The position numbers were made by a program, and so were the translations under genes. Source: Gemmatimonadales bacterium (GTDB lineage Bacteria > Gemmatimonadota > Gemmatimonadetes > Gemmatimonadales > GWC2-71-9). Taken from it: 29,993 nucleotides of DNA. This document shows, piece after piece, positions 24,233-29,993 of the stretch (its first letter is position 1; the number at the start of each line of letters is the position of its first letter). The DNA lies in assembly GCA_035249765.1 (NCBI GenBank), contig DATFGC010000176.1, forward strand, positions 1 through 29,993, written 5' to 3'. A model generated the notes under the pieces. That model made no database searches. It was not told where the DNA came from and worked only from the letters and a program-made list of their open reading frames with translations.

Positions 24233-24905
24233 GCTGATCCTCGCGCTCGATCTCCCGGATCGCGGATCGGCGCTCGCCATGCTCGACCGGCTGCCCGCGC
24301 TCCGCTGGGTCAAGGTGGGCTCCCAGCTCATGACCGCCGAAGGACCGCCGCTGGTGCGGGAGCTGGTGTCGCGGGGACTCCAGGTGTTTCTCGATCTCAA
24401 GTGGCACGACATCCCCCACACCGTGGAGGGCGCGATCGCCGCCGCGCGGGTCCTGGGGGTGCGGATGGCGACGGTGCACACGCTGGGGGGACCGGTGATG
24501 CTGCGGGCTGCGGTCCAGGCTGCGGGCGGCCAGCTCGCGATCGTCGGAGTCACGGTGCTCACCTCGCACGACGAAGCCGAGTACGCCGCCACGCTCGACC
24601 GTCCCTCGGTCCGGCTGCTCGACGAGACCGCCCGGCTGGCGCGAAGCGCGATCGCCGCCGGCGTCGGCGGGGTGGTGTGCAGTCCATTCGAAGTGGAGCG
24701 GCTGCGCGCCGGCCTGGGTCCGGAGCCGTTGATCGTGGTGCCGGGGATCCGGCGGAGCGCCGACGGGGTCGGGGATCAGCGGCGAACCGCCACTCCGCGC
24801 GAAGCCGCCGCGGCCGGGGCCACCCACCTGGTCGTGGGACGGCCGATCCTCTCGGCCTCCGATCCCGGCGCGGCGCTCCAGGAATTCCTCTCCGCAGTGC
24901 AATAG
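24225..24905 (+). CDS. pyrF: Orotidine-5'-phosphate decarboxylase
   Basis: ALD, VKVG, FLDLKWHDIPHTV, VTVLTS, VPGIR, VVGRPI. Confidence 0.95.
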   Translation: MAELILALDLPDRGSALAMLDRLPALRWVKVGSQLMTAEGPPLVRELVSRGLQVFLDLKWHDIPHTVEGAIAAARVLGVRMATVHTLGGPVMLRAAVQAAGGQLAIVGVTVLTSHDEAEYAATLDRPSVRLLDETARLARSAIAAGVGGVVCSPFEVERLRAGLGPEPLIVVPGIRRSADGVGDQRRTATPREAAAAGATHLVVGRPILSASDPGAALQEFLSAVQ

Positions 24906-25140
24906 CCGGCAAACCTCCCGGAACGTTGCGGCGCTCCCGCACTCCGGACTCCGCCGTCGATTCGCAAACTCCCTTCAGCACAGCAGTTCAAATCCGGCAC
25001 GGTTATTGAGTTTTGAGCCTGCAAGTGAGGCCGCTCACTCCACTAACCCGGGGCGCCTGGTGACCAAACCGCTCAGGAATCTGTCACTCCAACCCACCTC
25101 GGCCTTCGAGCGAATGGGCCCCGGGCGTCCCGCGGGCTAC

Positions 25141-26187
25141 ATGCCGCTCCGGGGAAGGGAGGACCTGCTCTCGGCCCGGATTCTGGTGATCGACGATGAA
25201 GAGGCCAACGTCGTCCTGATGCGCCGGATCCTGGAGCGCGCCGGGTACGCGACCATCGCCGACACCAGTGACCCTGAGGAGGCCGCCGACCTGTGCCGGG
25301 CCTTTCAGCCCGATCTGATTCTTCTCGACCTGCACATGTCCCCGCTGGACGGATTCGGGGTGCTGGAACAGCTCGCACCGGTGATCCCCCGGGCCAGCTA
25401 CCTCCCGATCCTGATGCTGACCGGCGACAGCTCGACCCCCTCGAAGAAACGGGCCCTCTCCCTGGGCGCCAAGGACTTCGTCACCAAGCCGTTCGATGTC
25501 CACGAGGTGCTGCTCCGGATTCACAATCTTCTGGTGCCTCGCTTCATGCACCTCGAGATGGCCGGGTACAACCAGCTGCTGGAGCGGCAGGTGCTGGAGC
25601 GCACCCTCGAGCTGGAGGAATCGCGGCTCGAGGTGCTGGAGCGGCTGGCCCGCGCGGCGGAATTCCGGGACGACGACACCGGGCAGCACACCCGCCGGGT
25701 CGGGCGGATTGCGCGAAGCATCGCCGAGGGGGTGGGCGCCAGCCGGTCGGAGGTGGATGTGATCGCCCGCGCGGCTCCGCTGCACGATGTCGGGAAGATC
25801 GGTGTCCCCGACCAGATCCTGCTCAAGCCCGGGAAGCTTACGCCCGAGGAATTCCAGGTGATGCAGCAGCACTCGAGCATCGGGGCGGAGATTCTGGCCG
25901 GGGGCCGCTCCTCCCTGATCCAGATGGCTGCCGAGGTGGCCCGGCACCATCACGAGCGATGGGATGGCAGCGGCTATCCGGCCGGCCTCAGCGGGAACGC
26001 GATTCCCCTGGCCGCGCGGGTGGTGGCGCTGGCCGACGTGTTCGACGCGCTGGCCCACACCCGGCCCTACCGGAAGGCCTGGCCGCTGGACGAGGTCCTG
26101 GCGGAGATCTACCGGCAGGCGGGAGCCCACTTCGATCCCCGGCTGGTGGACGCCTTCCGGCGCCTCCCCCACGCGGAGCTGATCTAG
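25141..26187 (+). CDS. Response regulator with HD-GYP domain (RpfG-like c-di-GMP phosphodiesterase)
   Basis: Receiver (IDDE, LLDLHM, KP) + [25 protein letters not shown]. Start uncertain (25141 or 25114). Confidence 0.92.
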   Translation: MPLRGREDLLSARILVIDDEEANVVLMRRILERAGYATIADTSDPEEAADLCRAFQPDLILLDLHMSPLDGFGVLEQLAPVIPRASYLPILMLTGDSSTPSKKRALSLGAKDFVTKPFDVHEVLLRIHNLLVPRFMHLEMAGYNQLLERQVLERTLELEESRLEVLERLARAAEFRDDDTGQHTRRVGRIARSIAEGVGASRSEVDVIARAAPLHDVGKIGVPDQILLKPGKLTPEEFQVMQQHSSIGAEILAGGRSSLIQMAAEVARHHHERWDGSGYPAGLSGNAIPLAARVVALADVFDALAHTRPYRKAWPLDEVLAEIYRQAGAHFDPRLVDAFRRLPHAELI

Positions 26188-26293
26188 GCCGGGATTTTGT
26201 TCGGTATTTGTTCGCCAACCACTCCGGTCTTCCCCCGGTTTTTCCCTTTTCCCGTTTCCTCGCCAACTCGCTGGAACTGCTTCATCTAGCTCC

Positions 26294-26322
26294 TTGCGTG
26301 GGGGGTGGGTGCTGCCTATACT
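26294..26322 (+). promoter_or_regulatory. sigma70 promoter of the rpmJ-rplQ (alpha) operon
   Basis: TTGCGT (26294-26299) - 17 nt - TATACT (26317-26322). Confidence 0.7.
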
Positions 26323-26360
26323 TCCGTGCTCTTCACCAAACGCCTTTGGGAGAAATTTCT

Positions 26361-26477
26361 GTGAAGGTGCGCTCGAGCGTCAAACCGATCTGTGAGCATT
26401 GCAAAGTGGTGAAGCGCCAGGGCGTGATCCGGGTGATCTGCAAGCGCAACCCCAAGCACAAGCAACGGCAGGGTTAA
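26361..26477 (+). CDS. rpmJ: 50S ribosomal protein L36 (Zn-binding form)
   Basis: GTG start, GGGAG RBS; [38 protein letters not shown]. Confidence 0.96.
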   Translation: MKVRSSVKPICEHCKVVKRQGVIRVICKRNPKHKQRQG

Positions 26478-26479
26478 CG

Positions 26480-26860
26480 ATGGCTCGTATCTCCGGGGTT
26501 GACCTTCCGCGCGAGAAGCGCATCGAAATCGCGCTCACCTACATCTACGGGATCGGACGGCCCACCAGCAACCGGCTGCTGGCCGACTCCGGGATCGGGC
26601 CGGATACCCGGGTTCGCGATCTCTCGGATTCGGAAGTGGCGCGGCTTCGCCAGCTGATCGAGCGGAGCACCAAGGTGGAGGGCGCCCTGCGCACCGAAAT
26701 CGCCATGAATATCAAGCGGCTCATGGATATCGGCACCTACCGGGGCTCTCGCCACCGGAAGGGTCTGCCGGTCCGGGGCCAGCGTACCCATACCAACGCG
26801 CGCACCAAGAAGGGGCCGCGCCGCGCCATCGCGGGCAAGAAGAAGGCGACGAAGAAGTAA
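26480..26860 (+). CDS. rpsM: 30S ribosomal protein S13
   Basis: [10 protein letters not shown]...IYGIG...[26 protein letters not shown]. Confidence 0.97.
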   Translation: MARISGVDLPREKRIEIALTYIYGIGRPTSNRLLADSGIGPDTRVRDLSDSEVARLRQLIERSTKVEGALRTEIAMNIKRLMDIGTYRGSRHRKGLPVRGQRTHTNARTKKGPRRAIAGKKKATKK

Positions 26861-26863
26861 CCT

Positions 26864-27310
26864 ATGACCAATCCCGAAACGCCGGCCCAGTCCGCTGCGC
26901 CTGTCCCGTCTGTCCCGCCCGCCGCGCCGGTCAAGGCGCCGGTCAAGAAGGGCAAGAAAGTCGTCGAGTCCGAGGGCATCGCCCACATCTCGGCGACGTT
27001 CAACAACGTGCTCATCACCATCACCGACATGCGGGGCAACACCATCGCCTGGGGGACTGCCGGGAAGGCGGGCTTCAAGGGCTCCAAGAAGAGCACGCCC
27101 TTCGCCGCCACAGTGGCCGCCGAGAACGTCGGCCGGGAGGCGATGAACCTGGGGGTGCGGAAGCTGCACGTCCTGGTGCAGGGCCCCGGCAGCGGCCGGG
27201 AGTCCGCCATCCAGGCGCTGGCCTCGGTCGGCCTCCGGGTGGTCTCGATCAAGGACGTCACCCCGATTCCCCACAACGGGTGACGCCCGCCCAAGAAGCG
27301 CAGGGTCTGA
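26864..27310 (+). CDS. rpsK: 30S ribosomal protein S11 with in-frame TGA at codon 140 (conserved Cys position; possible Sec)
   Basis: [32 protein letters not shown]-[TGA 27281-27283][11 protein letters not shown] (27308-27310), then rpsD ATG 3 nt later. Confidence 0.95.
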
Positions 27311-27312
27311 GC
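27298..27312 (+). promoter_or_regulatory. Candidate bacterial SECIS hairpin
   Basis: GCGCA-GGGUC-UGAGC; the loop starts 19 nt after the UGA; compare E. coli fdhF UUGCA-GGUC-UGCAC 18 nt after its UGA. The stem is short and has one G.A mismatch. Confidence 0.4.
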
Positions 27313-27313
27313 C

Positions 27314-27955
27314 ATGTCGCGATATACCGGTCCCGCCTGCCGGCTTTGCCGCCGCGAAGGCACCAAGCTGTTCCTCAAGGGCTCCCGCTGTCTCACCGAG
27401 AAGTGCGCCGTCGAGCGCCGGGGCTATCCGCCGGGACAGCACGGCCAGGCCACCAGCGGCCGGGGCGGGCGCAAGATGTCGGAGTACGCGCGCCAGCTGC
27501 GTGAAAAGCAGAAGGTCAAGCGGATTTACGGACTGTCGGAGACCCAGTTCCGCAACACCTTCGATCGCGCCAGCCGGGAGCAGGGGGTCAAGGGCACCAA
27601 CCTGCTGATCGCCCTGGAGACCCGGCTGGACAACATCGTGTATCGCATGGGCTTCGCCACCAACCGCAAGGGCGCCCGCCAGCTGGTGCGCCATGGCCAC
27701 GTCCAGGTGAACGGGGAACGGGTGGACATTCCCTCCTACCGGGTCGTCCCGGGCGAGGAAGTGCGGGTGGCCCCGGAGAGCCGGGATCTGGTGCCGGTCA
27801 AGATCGCGCTGGAAGGCGCGACCCGCGGTGCGCCGATGACCTGGCTGTCGGTGGACACCGGCAAGGTCGCCGGACGGGTCACCATGCTCCCGACCCGCGA
27901 CGGCATTCCGATCAACGCGCAGGAACAGCTCATCGTCGAGCTTTACTCGAAGTAA
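27314..27955 (+). CDS. rpsD: 30S ribosomal protein S4 (Zn-binding form)
   Basis: RYTGPACRLCRREG.KLFLKG.RC...KC, QLREKQK, ETRLDN, ARQLVRHGH, IVELYSK. Confidence 0.97.
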   Translation: MSRYTGPACRLCRREGTKLFLKGSRCLTEKCAVERRGYPPGQHGQATSGRGGRKMSEYARQLREKQKVKRIYGLSETQFRNTFDRASREQGVKGTNLLIALETRLDNIVYRMGFATNRKGARQLVRHGHVQVNGERVDIPSYRVVPGEEVRVAPESRDLVPVKIALEGATRGAPMTWLSVDTGKVAGRVTMLPTRDGIPINAQEQLIVELYSK

Positions 27956-27972
27956 CCCGGGATGGATTGCGC

Positions 27973-29028
27973 ATGACGATTGACATGACCGGCCTGGTTC
28001 GCCCGTACATGGTCGAGATGACCAAGCGGGAGGACAACCCCAACATCGCCGAATTCCGGCTCCAGCCCCTCGAGCGCGGTTTCGGGTACACCCTGGGCAA
28101 TTCGCTGCGGCGCCTGCTGCTTTCCTCGCTGCGCGGCTCGGCGGTATGGGCCTTCCGGATGGACGGCGTGGTGCACGAGCACCAGACCGTGGCGGGGGTG
28201 CTGGAGGACGTGCACCAGATCATTCAGCGGCTCAAAGCGCTGACCCTGGTCCTCGACGAGGACAAGGACGAGGCCATCCTGCGGATCCGCCGGGAGGGCC
28301 GAGGCCCGGTGTACGCGCGGGACATCCAGGAGTCGGCCGGGGTGCGGGTGGTGAACCCGGATCACCTGCTGTTCACCCTCCAGGACGACAAGGACGTGAA
28401 CTGCGACCTGTACGTCAACAAGGGCCGCGGCTACGTCGAGTCGGAAATGCACGTGGTGGACCGCTCCATGCCGGTGGACTCGGTGCGGATCGACGCCATT
28501 TACAATCCGGTCCGCCGGGCCAACTTCACCGTGAGCGAGACCCGGGTCGGGCAGCGCACCGACTACGACCGGCTCGCGGTCATGGTGGAGACCAACGGCA
28601 CCATCAGCCCCGAGGACGCCATCGCCTATGCGGCGGCTCTCGCCACCGAGCACTTCCGCTACTTCATCGACTTCGGCCGGGTGCCCCAGCAGCGGGCCCT
28701 TCCCGCCGAAGGCGTGAGCATCAGCGGCGGCCTCCGGCTCAAGCTGGAGCGGCTGATCGATGACCTCGGCCTTTCGGTCCGGTCGCTCAATTCCCTCAAG
28801 AATTCCAACATCCGTACCCTGCGCGATCTGGTCGAGTTCAGCGAGGAAGAGCTGCTCAAGGTCAAGAACGTGGGCGAGAAGGCGGTCGCCGAAATCGCCG
28901 AGCTGCTCCAGCGCGAGGGGCTCCGGTTCGGGATGGCGTTCGAAGAGGTCGAGGGTGAGCTCCGCGTGGTCCGGAGCGGCGGGGCGGCTGCCGACGCGTC
29001 CAGCAGCACCAATGGGGAGAGCGCGTAA
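27973..29028 (+). CDS. rpoA: RNA polymerase subunit alpha
   Basis: [36 protein letters not shown], alpha-[19 protein letters not shown]; start ATG 27973 or TTG 27967. Confidence 0.97.
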   Translation: MTIDMTGLVRPYMVEMTKREDNPNIAEFRLQPLERGFGYTLGNSLRRLLLSSLRGSAVWAFRMDGVVHEHQTVAGVLEDVHQIIQRLKALTLVLDEDKDEAILRIRREGRGPVYARDIQESAGVRVVNPDHLLFTLQDDKDVNCDLYVNKGRGYVESEMHVVDRSMPVDSVRIDAIYNPVRRANFTVSETRVGQRTDYDRLAVMVETNGTISPEDAIAYAAALATEHFRYFIDFGRVPQQRALPAEGVSISGGLRLKLERLIDDLGLSVRSLNSLKNSNIRTLRDLVEFSEEELLKVKNVGEKAVAEIAELLQREGLRFGMAFEEVEGELRVVRSGGAAADASSSTNGESA

Positions 29029-29384
29029 TGCGGCATCGCGCCAAGGGGCGTCAGCTCTCCCGCACCGCCACCCACAAGAAGGCGCTGCTGCGCAACATGG
29101 CGGCCAGCCTCTTCAAGCACGACGCCATCGTGACCACCGAGGCCAAGGCCAAGGAGCTCAGGCCCTACGCCGAGCGGCTGATCACCCTGGCCCGGCGGGG
29201 GGATCTCCACGCCCGCCGACAGGTGGAGCGCCGGATTCCCGACCGCGAAGTCCTGGGGCGGCTCTTCAAGGAGATCGGGCCCCGCTTCGCCACCCGGCCC
29301 GGCGGCTACACCCGGATCCTCAAGCTGGGGCACCGGGTGGGAGACGGGGCCGACATCGCCCGGATCGAGCTGCTGTCCGAGTGA
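29028..29384 (+). CDS. rplQ: 50S ribosomal protein L17
   Basis: [36 protein letters not shown]. Confidence 0.97.
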   Translation: MRHRAKGRQLSRTATHKKALLRNMAASLFKHDAIVTTEAKAKELRPYAERLITLARRGDLHARRQVERRIPDREVLGRLFKEIGPRFATRPGGYTRILKLGHRVGDGADIARIELLSE

Positions 29385-29410
29385 CCCGCTGCGCGGTCCG
29401 AAAAAACGAC

Positions 29411-29437
29411 GAAGGGGACCGAGTGGTCCCCTTTTTT
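29411..29437 (+). terminator. Rho-independent terminator between convergent rplQ and rpmB
   Basis: AAGGGGACC-GAGT-GGTCCCCTT followed by further T (T6 run); an A6 run upstream allows use on the other strand. Confidence 0.85.
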
Positions 29438-29465
29438 GCAGCCCCGAGCGCCGGCTCCGGCGGCG

Positions 29466-29657
29466 TCAGCTCGCCTTCTTGATCTTGTTGCCCTTGATGC
29501 ACTGGGTGCAGACCCGGACCCGCTTGACCTCGCCGGCCACCATGGTGCGGACGGTCTGGAGGTTGGGATACCAGCGGCGCTTGACCCGGTTGTTGGCGTG
29601 GCTCACATGGTTGCCGGTCGTCGGCCCCTTGCCACAGACGGTACACACGCGAGCCAT
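29466..29657 (-). CDS. rpmB: 50S ribosomal protein L28 (Zn-binding form)
   Basis: [34 protein letters not shown]...VCTQCIK. Confidence 0.96.
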   Translation of the reverse strand: MARVCTVCGKGPTTGNHVSHANNRVKRRWYPNLQTVRTMVAGEVKRVRVCTQCIKGNKIKKAS

Positions 29658-29696
29658 GATTCGGAACTCCGTTGAGGGCTTGGTTAAGAGCCCCGA

Positions 29697-29993
<297 letters not shown>

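Noticed and set aside
25006-25140. N-terminal extension of the REC-HD-GYP ORF from TTG 25006
   Set aside because: Atypical composition, no RBS, and the receiver domain begins about 55 codons later; more likely intergenic.
27281-27283. Global UGA reassignment (e.g. code 4 or 25) as the explanation for rpsK
   Set aside because: TGA ends many genes here with correct family lengths and NTGA overlaps, and Trp/Cys/Gly motif positions in other genes use standard codons.

Overview
GC-rich bacterial chromosomal window of mostly core genes, with no phage, IS, integrase or CRISPR array. Gene content and protein style suggest Gemmatimonadota, but that is an inference. Order: 3' end of a TonB-dependent receptor; CDP-alcohol phosphotransferase + ino1; small/stress genes (SOD-like, DUF892, DUF1328-like); PAS histidine kinase + response regulator; 2-oxoacid dehydrogenase E1a/E1b/E2; small protein-PHP-hypothetical-trxB-MBL; aspA; two tandem secreted paralogs; Rrf2-moeB; tRNA-Leu(CAG); smpB-amidase-pyrD-pyrF; REC-HD-GYP; rpmJ-rpsM-rpsK-rpsD-rpoA-rplQ; rpmB; start of gmd. 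Main observations: (1) rpsK (uS11) has an in-frame TGA at the conserved Cys of PHNGCRPPKxRRV, followed by an intact tail and an fdhF-like SECIS candidate, so it may be a selenocysteine-containing ribosomal protein. (2) A ~100-nt structured RNA motif (hairpin + bulged-G hairpin overlapping a terminator-like hairpin) occurs three times around a two-component system whose regulator has an unrecognised output domain. (3) Inverted 7/8-mer tandem arrays lie next to many gene ends, and related heptamers are translated in frame in the E2 linker. All alignments and folds were done by eye; no searches were run.
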